A stretch of DNA of 64,000 bases. It comes from Antedon mediterranea. Taxonomy: Eukaryota > Animalia > Echinodermata. The stretch is taken from positions 13,596,871 to 13,660,870 of the forward strand of contig NC_092676.1 in assembly GCF_964355755.1 (NCBI RefSeq), written 5' to 3'. Of this stretch, positions 13,241-26,738 are shown piece after piece; the first letter of the stretch is position 1; each line of letters opens with the position of its first letter. The position numbers and the translations under genes were made by a program. Under the pieces are notes generated by a model. That model had not been told where the DNA came from, ran no database searches, and was given only the letters and a program-made list of their open reading frames with translations.

Positions 13241-16200
13241 TTTACAACGACAAAATTTAGCGTTACCTATCGAAATTTGTGGATATCACAGGGTTATTTT
13301 CACACACTCGCGCTGTTGTTCAACTGGCTTCCGGTCCGTCACTTCCGGCAAAATGGCCTTTGGTGGCAACATTTAATATTAAATACAAATATTTTAGTGG
13401 TTCAACGTATCGTGAACTAGGCCTACTGCAATTAATTTGTTTTAGATATTCAACTAATCAATTATATTGATTAAAGGCATTTACTTTACGTGAACTACAA
13501 TTTGTTTAGTAATCTCACTATTATTTAAGGCCTTTATTACTTTTATGTGATTTTGGTGATTCAACTGAATCGTGAACTAAAATTTATTTGTTTTAGATAT
13601 TCAACTATCAATCATAAAGACCTTTAATTTACGTGAAATACAATTTGTTTTAGTAGTTTAACTAATTATTTATGCTATTTATTAATCATTTTATCAAATT
13701 TAGGTGCTATTCAATGTTACTATAGGAGGCCTGGTAGGCCGACCAGGGAAACACCTTTACTGTTTAAATTTATATTATCGATTATTTCTGTTGCTTGCTC
13801 TATTGATAATTATAAATGGTGTCTACTACGACCGATATATATAAGTAGGCTACGACAGTTGTTATTTGATCATTTTGTTCCAAAATCTAACAAGATGCTG
13901 TTGTCATGATATATTGTGACACAAATGATAAAGCCCCCCTCACTGTCACCCACTTTGATCAACTATGCTTTTGGTCTCTTGGTACGGTCACGTTAGAGAC
14001 TGTTTCAGTGATTTATGACCCCTACAGTATTAACAGTTTCTTCCTGTGTGTAACGTTCAGATAATATATATAATAATATCATATGTATATTATTCATATA
14101 CTGTTCTTTACAATATATTATTTGCATCTTACGTTCTTATGATTACTACCAATTACTGTGGAATATTTGTAAAGCCAACTTTACATAAACTGGTCACCAA
14201 GAAAACCAAAATCTGAGCTTTGTGGACTAGCCGCCCAAATAGTTAGGGCTTGTTAGCAAATTTTTCATAAACCTAGGAAAAAATTGCTTACCATTGCTTT
14301 TTTCGTGTGTGTGTTCAGAAATTTGTCTACTAACATATATCAATTACTTACAGTAGAGGACAATTTTTGGCAGCCATTTTTCAAAATAGCCGCCTATAAC
14401 AACAAATTCTCATATACAGTACCTCGGTAACTAATAAAGGTAGAGGCTTATATTTGGTTTCAAAATGTTCATAATATAGATATTTATATTTACTCTATTA
14501 ATGGAATATTTTTTTCAAAAATGACCGGAAATATCGTTTTATGACCAATTGACCCTTGACCTGACCATATAAGTATTTCGGTAACTACTGGTCATGGATA
14601 CCTAAAACAAACTCAATTTGTTAAGAATGTTCATTTTTATATTTACCTTAATAGAACTTATTTTACAAACCCAATCTAGGAAAATTTAATAGAGAACTCC
14701 AACCCCCCTCTATAATGATGGTTCTTCATTCTTAGTAGGCCTATCCTAGTCCAAATAGCATTTTGGACTAGGCCGAAGACTTAGACCTACCTAATATCCC
14801 CATGCCTACTTTCCGGAACATCCTTTTAATAATAATAATAATATTTATTTGGAACAACACTTTTTTAACAGTTCCACACATGCGTAGATGGTGCGTCCAT
14901 ACCAATTACAAAATTTAATACAAAAACAATGGAAAATAAAAACTGAAACTAAAATAAAACATATTTGAAATAACGACATAAAATGGATTCGACGCTATAG
15001 TATTACAAAACTTATTTTAAAACTAAAACTACACTAATACAACTACTGTACTAATTTTGCAACAGCAATGGAAAAGAAAACACTTTTTAAAAATAAAAAA
15101 GTTCAAAGTTGTAATTATAATACAATTGCATTTCTTAGTTTCCAAGCACGGCTTGTGTACATTTTACAATAACTGCCAAACACAGCATAAATGTCGTGAG
15201 AGTTATTTTTATGAAATAACATGCTTCCTAGGACATATTGAACCTTAATAGATAGGTCACCAGAAATAAAATTAGCCCAAGTATCTACACAATTCATTGC
15301 AATATAGTAGAGCAGTTAATGACATGAGCTGTGCATTTTATTACCAAAGCATGAAACTTGGCACAAAGTTTCTATAATGTATATAGATTCAAAATATCGG
15401 GGGGTGCCAAGTGTCCAACGTCCGGTATGGCGGCCATCTTGATTTCAAAATGGCCACCATAAAAACAAAAAATGTTCATATCTTGGCAACTATACACATT
15501 AGAGACTTAATTCTGGTCTCAAATTGTTCACAAACTATATATTTCTATTTACTCTAATGAAAATTTTCGTCCAAAAATGACCGGAAATGACGTTTCTTTC
15601 AGTTTGACCTTTGACCTCGTATTTGTATATCTCTGTAACTACTGGTCATTTTCAATCGATTTTGGTGTCATTTTGTTCAGAATAAATACATTTATATTTG
15701 TAGTAATGAAACATTTTCACATAAAATAACCGGAAATACAATTTATGACCTTTGACATTTAATTATTGATTTTTAATTATGTGAATATACTGTATGTGGT
15801 TTTTGGTGGTCTTAAATGCACCTAATTTTGAACTTTGACCTGATAGGCGTAATTATATTAAATGATTAATGTACTTAAATTGTATATTGTACATAAAATT
15901 GGTAAATATTGTGCTTGGTGGTACCATTAGTAGTTCAACGATGTTGGCACCTTCTGATTCGCTAAAAGTTTTAATAGTTTGACAGAGGAAATAACATACA
16001 TGTTATGGAATACCGTCAAACCTCGAAAAGGTGATAGTATGAGCTTCTTTTCGAGATAGACTGTATTTGAATGTCAAATGAATAGTATGATGATCGTGTT
16101 TATATCAATATATTATTAATGACCTTACAAAGAACCCTTTATATTTCAACAATCAAGCCTCAGTTATTCTACAATTTATTGTTTTCCAAGTGGCTGGTAG

Positions 16201-16249
16201 GCCTATTTTGATTGCATCTTCTTTTTGTAGGCCTATGCTTCCTCGGTAA

Positions 16250-17755
16250 TATGGTCCTACCCCTCCTTCTTTGTCTGTAGATGGTCTTATACCCCATTCT
16301 TTGTCTGTGGATGGTCTTATACCCCCCTTCCTTGTCTGTGGATAGTCTTATACCCGCTTCTTTGTCTGTGGATGGTCTTATACCCGCTTCTTTGTCTGTG
16401 GATGGTCTTATACCCCCCTTCTTTGTCTGTGGATGGTCTTATACCCGCTTCTTTGTCTGTGGATGATCTTACACCCCTTTCTTTGTATGTAGATGGTCTT
16501 ACACCCCTTCTTTGTCTGTGGATGGTCCTACACTCCCTTCTTTGTATGTGGATGGTCCTACACCCCCTTCTTTGTCTGTGGATAGTCCTACACCCCCTTC
16601 GTTGTCTATGGATGGTCTTATACCCCCTTCTTTGTCTGTGGATGGTCGTGAACCCCTTTCTTTGTCTGTGGACGGTCTTATACCCCCCTTTTTTTGTCTG
16701 TTGATGGTATTAAACCCCTTTCTTTGTCTGTTGATGGTATTACACCCCTTTCTTTGTTTGTGGATGGTCTTACACCCCTTCTTTGTCTGTGGATGGTCTT
16801 ACACTGTACACCTCCTTCTTTCTCTGTGGATGGTCTTATACCCCCTTCTTTGTCTGTGGATGGTCTTATACCCCCTTCTTTGTCTGTAGATGGTCTTATA
16901 ATCCCTTTTTTGTGTGTGGATGGTCTTACACCCCCTTCTTTGTCTGTGGGTGGTTTTACATCCCCTTCTTTGTCTGTGGATTGTCCGACACCCCCTTCTT
17001 TGTCTGTGGATGGTCCTACATCACCTTCTTTGTCTGTGGATGGTCTTATACCCCCTTCTTTGTCTGTAAGTGGTCCTATACCCTTTCTTTGTCAGTGGGT
17101 GGTCTTACACCCCCTTCTTTGTCTGTGGACGGTCCTACACCCCCTTCTTTGTCTGTGGACGGTCTTACACCGCTTTCTTTGTCTGTGGACGGTCTTACAC
17201 CCCTTCTGTGCCTGTGGACGGTCTTATATCCCCTTCCTTGTCTGTTGATGGTATTACACCCCTTTCTTTGTCTGTTGATGGTATTACACCCCTTTTTTTG
17301 TGTGTGGATGGTCTTACACCCCTTCTTTGTCTGTGGATGGTCTTACACCCCTTCTTTGTCTGTGGATGGTCTTACACCCCTTCTTTCTCTGTGGATGGCC
17401 TTACACCCCTTTCTTTGTCTGTGGACGGTCCTACACCCCTTTCTTCTTTGTCTGTGGATGGTCTTACACCCCCTTCTTTGTCTGTGGATGGTCCTACACC
17501 CCCTTCTTTGTCTGTAGATGGCCTTACACCCCTTTCTTTGTGTATGGATGGTCTTATACCCCCTTCTTTGTCTGTGGATGGTCTTACACCCCCTTCTTTG
17601 TCTGTGGATGGTCTTACACCCCTTCTTTGTCTGTGGATAGTCTTATACCCCCTTCTTTGTCTGTGGATGGTCTTATACCCCCTTCTTTGTCTGTGATGGT
17701 CTTATACCCCCTTCTTTGTCTGTGGATGGTCTTACATCCCCTTCTTTGTCTGGAC
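16250..17755 (+). repeat. 30-bp minisatellite (GTCTGTGGATGGTCTTACACCCCCTTCTTT), roughly 50 units
   Basis: Direct tandem units with no spacers; accounts for the overlapping repetitive ORFs. Confidence 0.95.
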
Positions 17756-17965
17756 CCACTACTTTGATTGATTAGATCAGACATTGTTTCTTGTATGATT
17801 AGGAGACCAAGACCTTCAAAGTGAAAGTCCACAAGTGGATGCCTAAAAAGGTCTTGTACAGAACAGTATATTGTAGGTCCATGTCACTAATTTGAGAATT
17901 ACTTGAATAATTATATTGAGATGTCTTTTACGAATTGATTTGGTTCGGATTTTGCTAAAAAATCA

Positions 17966-18300
17966 ATGAGTAGAGAAAATCGAGGAAAAGGATACAGATG
18001 GTTTACAGCAAAGGCCCATTACCATAAAAATGGAGTACATTTTTTTAGATGCAACGAAAATGAACAAGAATTATTTGAGTTTCTGACTAATGAAAGTAGG
18101 TCTACTGCACAAATGCAGGATAAGTTTGTAGTAAGTTTGAAAGACGGTATTCTCTTAACTCATGAAAATGAAAACTTTCCGAACTTGTCTCATATGCAAC
18201 ATCAAAGAGGCCAACGAAAGAATGCTACTTTACATCAAAAATATTTCCAAATGGCATCTAACAATTCAATTCAACTTTTATTTCAGACAATTGTCGATAT
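17966..18300 (+). pseudogene. Academ XPG/FEN1-like nuclease remnant
   Basis: RGKG...FFRCNENEQELFEFL and the frameshifted CNIKEANERMLLY (compare the F-L-x-N-x-E-N-K and C-x-H-E-E-A-D-x-R motifs); parallels the 60622-61161 ORF. Confidence 0.6.
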
Positions 18301-20258
18301 GGTATAATACATTGCAAAAAAAAAAGATGATGGAGAGAGGACCAAAACTTTTATCTAACGATTGACACATCACAGTTTAGCAAACAAGTCGGCATAGATG
18401 AGCTCAGTGATTGCTGTTTCTCAGTGATCTGTCATACTTTACGCCTATCCTATCACATCAAAAGTCAAAAATTCAGAATAATAATTCCTGCTCATTTTTG
18501 CAGTGTCATTTATTTCGTTAAAAAAATTAGGTGCATTTATACCAATGTAAACCACATACAGTATGTTCACATATTATATATGTCAAAGGTTATAAATTGT
18601 ATTTCCAGTCATTTTATGTGAAAATGTTTCATTACTACAAATATAAATGTCTCTATTCTGAACAAAATGACACCAAAATCGATTGAAAATGATCAGTAGT
18701 TACTGAGATATACAGATAAGAGGTCAAAGGTCAAACTGGGAGAAACGTCATTTCCGGTCATTTTTTTACGAAACTTTTCATTAGAGCAAATAGAAATATG
18801 TGGTTTGTGAACAATTTAACACCAGAATCAAGTCTCTACTGTTTATAGTTGCCAAGATATGAAGACTTTTTGTTTTTATGGTGGCCATTTTGAAATCAAG
18901 ATGGCCGCCATACCGGACGTTGGACACTTGGCACCCCCCGATATTTTTAATCTATATACATCAAAGAAACTTTGTGGCAAGTTTCATGCTTTGGTAATAA
19001 AGTGCACAACTTGGCTATTTTTATGGCACTAACTGCTCTACTAATAAGATTACATTGAAGTGTTTGCAATTCTTCAATTCTAATACAATGTAACTTAATA
19101 CTACAAATAAACAGGAAATGTTTAACATCTTCTTCACCTGACCCACAAACCTTACACTTATCATTTAGATTATCAATGTTCCACTTATTTGTAATTTTTC
19201 CAAGTGGTAAAGTGTTTGAACGAAGTTTAAATTTTAAACTAGAGCCATAAAAATCTGTTTTATCTAATAGAAGGTTCTAGGCCAGGTGACTCTTTTATCA
19301 AAGAAATCAAGCAAAGATGATTTTCTTACTACTTCTTGTTTACAAAAAGTAGAATACGATTGTTTAATAGTACTTTCAAATGGCTTGACCAAGTTTATAT
19401 CAATCTCAGTACCTGAATGAATGGCATTGAAATCAAACTTAATATAATTTCAAATTCATTAATAAATTGGTACATTGAATTAAAATTCTTAAGTCTAATA
19501 ATTGTATTTAATATAAGTTTTAGCCAACGATTCATTTCCATACACATAACATTTCTTTTATATTTTGTTTTAAAAATATCCTGAGTTACTTTAAGTTATT
19601 GCCAACCTAGATCGCCATAAAGTGCCGCTTTTGCAGTGCTTCTACTCGCTTTAAGAATTGTTCGCGCCATTTGTAATTGAAGAGACTCAATCCTTTGTCT
19701 TTAGTATTTGTATTAACACATACAGCACAAGCATAGTTAATAGTCGGAAGGCCAATACTTCTCCAAAGGATATCTCCATATGTAACAGGTTCGTACTACT
19801 AGCGTCGTAGCTTTATCGCGTAGTATTTTCAGGAGCTGCAGCACTGGCACAAACACAATAAAATCATCCACAAAGACAGTTCTTGATTTGGAAAAGTTAA
19901 ATTCTTTTATTGAAGCTAGTAACCAGTCGGAAGGAGATATAATAAAAACAGTGTTACTATATTTAAAATAACATATCAGTGATCGATCGATCAATCGTAT
20001 CATTAACGACAGTCTAGGCTACTATTGCGTGTCTATAGTATAACTAATCAACTATATTAACTTAAAACAATTCTAAAATTAAGAGAGATAAAAATATAGA
20101 TGCTTACCTAGTAACCAGTCGGAAGGAGATGAAAACCTTCACTTTGAGCTAGGCACTAGTAAGTGTCATCCATTCCCAGTTAGGTACTATGACAATTTTT
20201 AACCGATGGTATATACATTTACCATAACGTTATTTCGTAGTTTACAGACCGATTGTAT

Positions 20259-20573
20259 TGTAACTCGAGTCATACACATGTAATTATCAATTTAAAGTTC
20301 GGTTATACAAAAAAAGAAACTATTAAAAAAGAAATCAATTAACAAAATCCCTTGTCCATTTATGAACTGACCCATACTGAAACATTATACACTAAATATT
20401 CATGACCATTTTCCCGCCACTTGGATGAGGTGACTCGCATCTATTTATAGCATGGTCACTTATCATTCCAGCTTTTACTTTAATGGGTCCCACAAGGTTT
20501 CTCAGATTCAAGTCAAATTCAGCAGATAAATCATTCAAGTATTTGGGTATAAACTATAAGCATACCTGTTACA
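20259..20573 (-). repeat. Putative 3' LTR of the Gypsy element
   Basis: TGTAAC...GTTACA inverted ends, directly preceded on the minus strand by the polypurine tract AATGGGGGGTGAG; TATAAA inside. No second copy found. Confidence 0.6.
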
Positions 20574-21281
20574 CTCACCCCCCATTTATCTGCTAAATCT
20601 CAGTGATATACAAATGCATTAACCTAAACCTAAATACACCGGTACATTTAGTCACGATTTATACAATGAACATGACATCATAGGGAATTACATAAAAAAA
20701 CTAAAAATAAAAAAACTTAACTAAATGGCATTTATAAAAAAACGAAACTGTTGTATCACATAACAACATACCTGTACCTGATTGAACCAATGAGAGAAGT
20801 TATGCAGAATTATTAGAAACAATTAACCAATAACAATTTATCCAAATGGATTACTATTGAAGGGTGGCCATCCCCACAATAGTCGGTGTACAGAAGTGCC
20901 CGTTTACACTTCAGAAGTTTCTCGAAATCCTGCGATTACTACTCGAAGGTTCAATCCCACCAAACACAAGGTGACGTACCAACATAACAAAAGCCATGGC
21001 AAACAAGTAAGTTAAAAATAACATTATACAAAAAGATACATTATACCGTAAAGGTAACGAAATTAAACAAACTATTGAGATTAAAATTAAAATCAAGTAA
21101 AATTGTCTTCTCTCAGACATAATTATATATAAAAAAAAGTGTCAAGCAAAATTAATACAGTTAAACTATCAAACATCTAAACAGCCCACGTGGGATGTTA
21201 GTGCAGGGGTTCCCCAGAGCCACTTAGAAATAAAGCCGTATCGGTCTGGCGGTTTATTTACACGTTTCGAACGTCGGAGAC

Positions 21282-23007
21282 TTAAAGTTGGTTCTGAAGG
21301 TGTTTCTCCTCAGTCTCTCTCTCAGTATGATCCATGGCGACTGCGACAGGAGTGATGTCATGCTCATTTGAAGGAGAAGTTTCTGACGGTTGATCCACAG
21401 ATGCCTGTGCAGAAGCAGGGTTAATAGATGGTGTTTCTTGTTGTTCTATGGATATTGCATCAACGGATTCTGGTACTGCAGTTTCAGGTACATAAGGTTG
21501 AATAAGATCCACATCTTTCCAAATAATTGGTTGTTCAGAGTTCGTTGACGATGCATCATGATCTGTTATATCTGTCATGACATCACCATGGTCAGAAGGT
21601 GTAGGTGCAGAAGACAACGTCTCGATTGTTTCATTTTCGTCACTCACTGGAAGGAAATTAACTTTTAAAATGAAGTTCCGGTGAACAACACAGACCTTTC
21701 CAGTTGCGTTACTTTTTAATCGGAATGTATGAGTTTCCGGCCATTTTTCTAAAACTACATGGGTATCTGAATCCCACCTATCAGCGACCTTTCGTTTCCC
21801 TGCACCTTTGTTGGCTTTTAAGACGTGATCACCTATTTCAATGTCGGTACCTCTCATCTTCCTGTCATACAATCTGGCTTGTCGCCGTTGGTTTTTTCGT
21901 GCAGTCACCTCAACTGTCTTAATGGCATCTTCAAGCGACTTTGAAAGTGATTTAATGTAGGCATTGTAGTCTGGAGATTGATCAGTACGCGAGAAGGTTC
22001 GGAAGACCATGTCTACTGGTAACCGTGGCACCCTTCCAAACATGAGGTAAAATGGTGCATACCCGGTTGTTTTAGGTACAGTGGAGTTGTATGCAAAAGT
22101 CAGGCTTTGAGGCTTGTTAGGCCACTGGTACTTGTCCTTGGGAGATAAGGATTGCATCATGTTGCCAAGAGTACGGTTAAAACGGTCAGTGCAGCCATTT
22201 CCCATCGGATGGTACGGAGTTGTTCGTGACTTGGCGACTCCAGAAACATCCATAAGCTCAGCGATAAGGGAACTTTCGAAATTTGCACCTTGGTCAGAAT
22301 GCACTCTCATCGGGAATCCGTAAATGCAAAAGAAGTTCCAGAATTTCTTGGCAACTTCTTTTGCTGATTGGTTTGTGCAGTGGTAAGCTTGAGCAAGTTT
22401 TGTGAAATGGTCTGTAACAACCAAGACGTCAACTGACTTGTTGTTGTGGTCTTCTGCTGTCCAGAAATCTATGCAAACAAGTTCCATTGGATATGTAGTT
22501 TGGATGCTGTCCAGTGGTGCCCGGGCAGACGTCTCAGGTTTCTTCGCGACTACACAGCGTTGGCACTGTTTAATATAATTTGATATGGAGGTTTCCATGC
22601 TGTTCCAATAGAATCGATCCCGACATAGGCTCATCGTTCGATTTAGTCCTTGGTGCCCCCATCTCATCGTGGACGCCGTTAAGTAATTCGGCCTGCATCG
22701 ATTTAGGAACAATAAGCTGGGAACGTGTTTGTTTATTAATAGGATTTTTTGTAAGTCGAAAAAGAACACCATCGATAAGTCTCAGTTTATCCCATTGCCT
22801 CATAATTACGTTTATGGCATTGGCGTCCAATGCCCGCTCTCTCCGGGACGGCCTCCTCTTCCGCTCCACATACTCTATAACTCTCTGTAGGATATTGTCG
22901 TCTAATTGTTTATTCCGTATGTCATCATTAGTATAGGAAAATAAATTAGTGTTTAACGTAAGTTGATCATTTATCATAGATTTATAGCGTAGACCGATGC
23001 CCTGCAT
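21282..23007 (-). pseudogene. Gypsy integrase (HHCC zinc finger plus DDE core), frameshifted
   Basis: VHDEMG/HQG...RFYW...CQRC, ELVCIDF, DHFTK, HSDQGANFES, TTPYHPMGNG, TTGYAPFYLMFGR. Confidence 0.92.
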
Positions 23008-23935
23008 TCTGTGTGTTCTTGCCAGTGTAGGTGTTGGTTAAACACCTCACACACCTCACTCTCCGATATTTCATTAAATATCCGTTGACTGTTCACCCGA
23101 TCTCTGAATAATCTATGAATATGTGTACTCATTACGGGAACGAATGGTTCACGTGACAACGCATCAGCGACGATATTCTTTGGACCTGGGACATATTTGA
23201 TATCGAATGTGTAGGGTGCTAATTTCGCCACCCATCTCTGCTCACACGCGTTCAACTTTGGTTTCGTTAGTATATACGTAAGCGGGTTATTATCAGTCCA
23301 GACAGTGAAATGATTATTCTTTAGCCAGTGGCTAAACTTTTCACATATGGCCCACTTTAGTGCTAAACACTCCAGTCTATGAGCTGGGTACTTCATCTGG
23401 CTTTTTGAGAGCGACTTGCTAGCAAATGCTACTGGTCTTGGCTTGCTGCCATCTGCAGGAGCCTGAGATAAAACAGCTCCCAATCCAGCAGTGGAAGCAT
23501 CTGTTGATAAGATGAACAGACGGTTAAAGTCAGGGTGAGCTAAAGTTATATCCTGAGAAAAGGCTTGTTTTAATTTTTCAAAGGCATCCTCACAAGCAGC
23601 GGTCCAATCACACGGTTGAAGTTTGCGAATTTTATTTTTACGCTTCCCCCGCTTGCAAGGCATAGTACCGGATGTAAGATTGAATAAAGGTTTTGCAATA
23701 GCTGAGCAATCCTGGATGAAGCGCTGATAATACACCACCATTCCAAGAAAGGATCGAATCTTCTTAGGACAAGGGGTCAGTCCATCTGAGGCCATCAGGG
23801 CAGCCTTACTAACGTCGACTATAGGTTGCACCTTATCTGAATCAGTATGAACCCCAGACTCGTCGACCACATGTCCTCAGAACTTGACGCTGCGACGTAG
23901 AAGGTGGCACTTTTTAGGTGCTAATTTCAGACCAC
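22974..23935 (-). pseudogene. Gypsy RT C-terminus, connection and RNase H
   Basis: GLKLAPKKC...F*GHVV, IRSFLGMVVYYQRFI, FILSTDAS...GLGAVLSQ, WTDNNPL, ADALSR. Confidence 0.92.
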
Positions 23936-25296
23936 TATTTCGTTCGAATATCTTGATATTTAACAATAAGGTCAGCCAATCGGTCTTTGTATGAGTTAGT
24001 TACTTCACTTGAGTCGATGTCGAGATCATGAATTCCACAATTAGCTAATTTGGAATTAAAGCTAGGTTGGGGTCCCTGTTTGATATCGGCTGTGTGCTGG
24101 CAAGTAGGTTGGAATTTTTGTATATTTTTTAGGTTCATACATGGAGACACATCTGCAACCTTGGCATTTCGTCTTAAAGTTATTATTTTGTCTGTGATGT
24201 TAATAATTTTCAGTGGCACCCACTTGTCTCCATACTGCATAGCTACAGATTTGGCAACCATTATACCTCTTGGTATAGCCCTGGATGTTGTGGGTTCGAT
24301 TATTATAGTACTGCCTATTGAGATATGTGTTTGATTCGGTAATTTGGCCCATACTAAATGATTTTTGTGTTTTACTTGGGCAGTTGCATCACCGCACACT
24401 TTACATACATTGTGGTTTGGACCATCCTGATTGTACTTTTGGTGATACTGCCGTGGTTGTTGTGTTGTTAGTTGTTCCAATACTGTCACCAATCGGTCGA
24501 GAATTACATCTTGTTTAGTGGTGTCTATAGCTATATTTTGATGCACCTCGCTCGCTCTGGTTGTTAAGTGATGAGTAGATTTTTGCCTCAAGCTCAACCT
24601 CGTCTCTCTGTGGTGCGTTTCAATAAGTTCTTGAACTTCGTCAATGACCCACCGTCGGATTGGTTTTGTTCTGAATAGATCGCGAAGATCTTTATCAGGA
24701 CAGTGTCGAATGAACTGGCTGATAAGCTCCATTTCTTCATCTACCATGCTGCCTCCATTCCGCCTTAGGACCTCATTGGCATGGATGATGAGCCTGTTTA
24801 GCCTGGCCCAGAAATCTAACGCTGATTCACCCACATAGGGTCGACATCCATAAAATTCAGCTAAAGGTGTATCTGAGAAAACATCTTCGCTAAAGTTCTG
24901 TCGGAGTATATCAAATAATACATCAGGATCATTTGCTTCGCTGAGAGTTTTTGATCTAAGCCCAACTTTTACGATTGCTTTGGCTTTGCCTAATAGGAAG
25001 GTCAGAATCTCATCTGATTGCTCACTTCTATGAATCCCTTTTTTCTTTAAGTAAGATCGCGTCTGATCCTCCCAATCGTTAAAGGACAATTTGTCAGTGT
25101 GTTCACCCCGAAATATTGCGGGTTGTTTTATTTCTTGCCTTATAATCACCCTTTGTTCTACTGGGGTAACGGGTGGATTATTAAAGAATCCCACCTCTAT
25201 TGTTGGTGGCATCATTATAGGTGCTGATTGCGGGCGCCTAATCATCCCCCTACCACGACCTCGGCCTCTCTGTGGTGTATTTGGAGCACTATCCAT
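23935..25296 (-). pseudogene. Gypsy gag (PNMA-like capsid) fused by deletion to the post-protease spacer
   Basis: FRGE...FNDWEDQ, LLGKAK, GESALDFWARL, truncated knuckle CKVCGD; ends LADLIVKYQDI. Confidence 0.8.
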
Positions 25297-25573
25297 TATT
25301 ACAATATTTCAGAGTGTAAAAAGAAATTGTAAGTTTAATTAATGATGATTTAAAATGATATTCTAGTTTTAGCTAGATCGCTAGAGTTGAACTGGATGCA
25401 ACTCTTGCAATTGTCAACGATTGCGACTCGTAGCGTTGATTACCGTCGATTATTACACCTTTTCCTGTAAATCGCCGACGATTTGTATCGTCGTCGTTAG
25501 TTGAAAAAGTACCTTTTCCTGTAAATCATTAAAAATTTCAATGTTTACGTATACTATAGTAGCTAGATCAACT

Positions 25574-26054
25574 GAATCCGGGACCTTTGATTTTTGGTGG
25601 GAGGATTCACGTCTCACTTTCGACCAAATTCATATTCATTTTTGTTGGTATTTACAGTATCACATTTTTAAAGGTGTTTAACAATCCGTATTTTATTGAT
25701 ATTGACAATGTTGATATAATATATAAAATAAATTACTAAAAAAACGTAATTTTATATCCAATTTATTACTTCGAATACTTTGTTTATTTCGTGAATTCGC
25801 CAAGCGGCCAACAGAGGGCGTAACTTGTTTACATCGTTCGCAGGACTAAAAAATTATCATTTTCGACAATGTTTTCAGAATGTTTGCTTTATTTCATCTT
25901 TATCCCTAGTATTACTCCCCCATAGTCTCTCTGAAAAAAAAGTTTGGGGAAAAAAGCTTATTTTATGCTTATAAAATGCAAATCAAAGCCGATAAATTTA
26001 AGTGTCCGAATCGTCCTGGGCTGAATCGTCTCAAGGCCGAATCGTCCCACTACC
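25574..26054. mobile_element. Degenerate MULE-like insertion in the left TIR of C0
   Basis: Splits the C-family TIR; 9-bp TSD AGATCAACT/ACATCAACT; GAATCGTC repeats. Confidence 0.55.
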
Positions 26055-26738
26055 ACATCAACTTTTGTATGCACTTTGAGGTCCAGAGAATTTGACTTCA
26101 GAAATTGGTTTAGGGTGGTCAAACAATCATTTTTGGCTTGGTTACACATTTTGAAAATGTAGCGAAAGGTCAAAAGGTCAGGGTGAAAGGTTATAAGACC
26201 AAACACCAATAGGTCCTTAAATCTCGACAACCACTGGTCACAGTGAGGTAATTTTGGTCTCAAATGGATCAGAAGAAAATTTAGTCAAAAATGACCAGAA
26301 ATGCCATTCTGACCTTTGACCCACAACCCAGGGCAGTATGTATCTCCGTAACTACTGGTCGTAGACACTTAAATTTGGTCTTAAATTGTTCGAAATATAC
26401 ATTTTGTTATTTGTTACACATTTTTTTAATGTTTAAAAAGGTCAAAGGGTCAGGGTCAATTTTGGTCTCAAAATGTTCAAAAGGCATGCCTTTTAGCATT
26501 TTAGTAAAAAATGATCGTAAATGCCATTTCTGACCTTTGACCCACATACCAGGGCATCTTCATATCTCTGTAAGTATTGGTCGTAGAAACTTATATTTGG
26601 TATCAAATTGTTTGAAATATACATATTTACAATTACATTCATTCTAATAGAAAATGTGGTTAAAAGATGACCAAAAATACTATTAATTACTAATGTTTCA
26701 AACAAAAAATATTATCTCTACACAACTTATCCTTTTAA

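Larger units (their letters stand above)
15305..19043 (+). mobile_element. Non-autonomous Academ derivative B1 with internal minisatellite
   Basis: ~500-bp TIRs with TAGTAGAGCAGTTA termini. TSD ATA; its removal restores the LINE frame C-N-L-I-A-M-N. Internal XPG remnant. Confidence 0.85.
14828..19740 (-). mobile_element. 5'-truncated non-LTR retrotransposon (LINE) 3' part, interrupted by Academ B1
   Basis: Minus-strand peptides IESLQLQMARTILK...LYGDLGW, CCHC knuckle CKVCGSGEEDVKHFLFIC and AWKLRN. AATAAA followed by a (TAT)n tail at ~14828-14850. Confidence 0.75.
20259..25551 (-). mobile_element. Degenerate Ty3/Gypsy LTR retrotransposon
   Basis: Domain order gag, partial RT, RNase H, integrase, then PPT and LTR; frameshifts, stops and deletions present. 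Confidence 0.92.

Noticed and set aside
16250-17755. CRISPR-like array of 30-bp repeats (also at 50590-52410)
   Set aside because: The units are directly tandem with no unique spacers, there are no cas genes, and the context is a eukaryotic TE.
16281-17832. Overlapping repetitive ORFs (also 50515-52332) as host genes
   Set aside because: They are open in many frames because the repeat has few stop codons; frequent 1-bp indels and no splice context.
25600-25630. Gypsy primer-binding site / 5' LTR
   Set aside because: It lies inside the nested C0/MULE insertion, matches no tRNA 3' end I recognise, and no second LTR copy follows.
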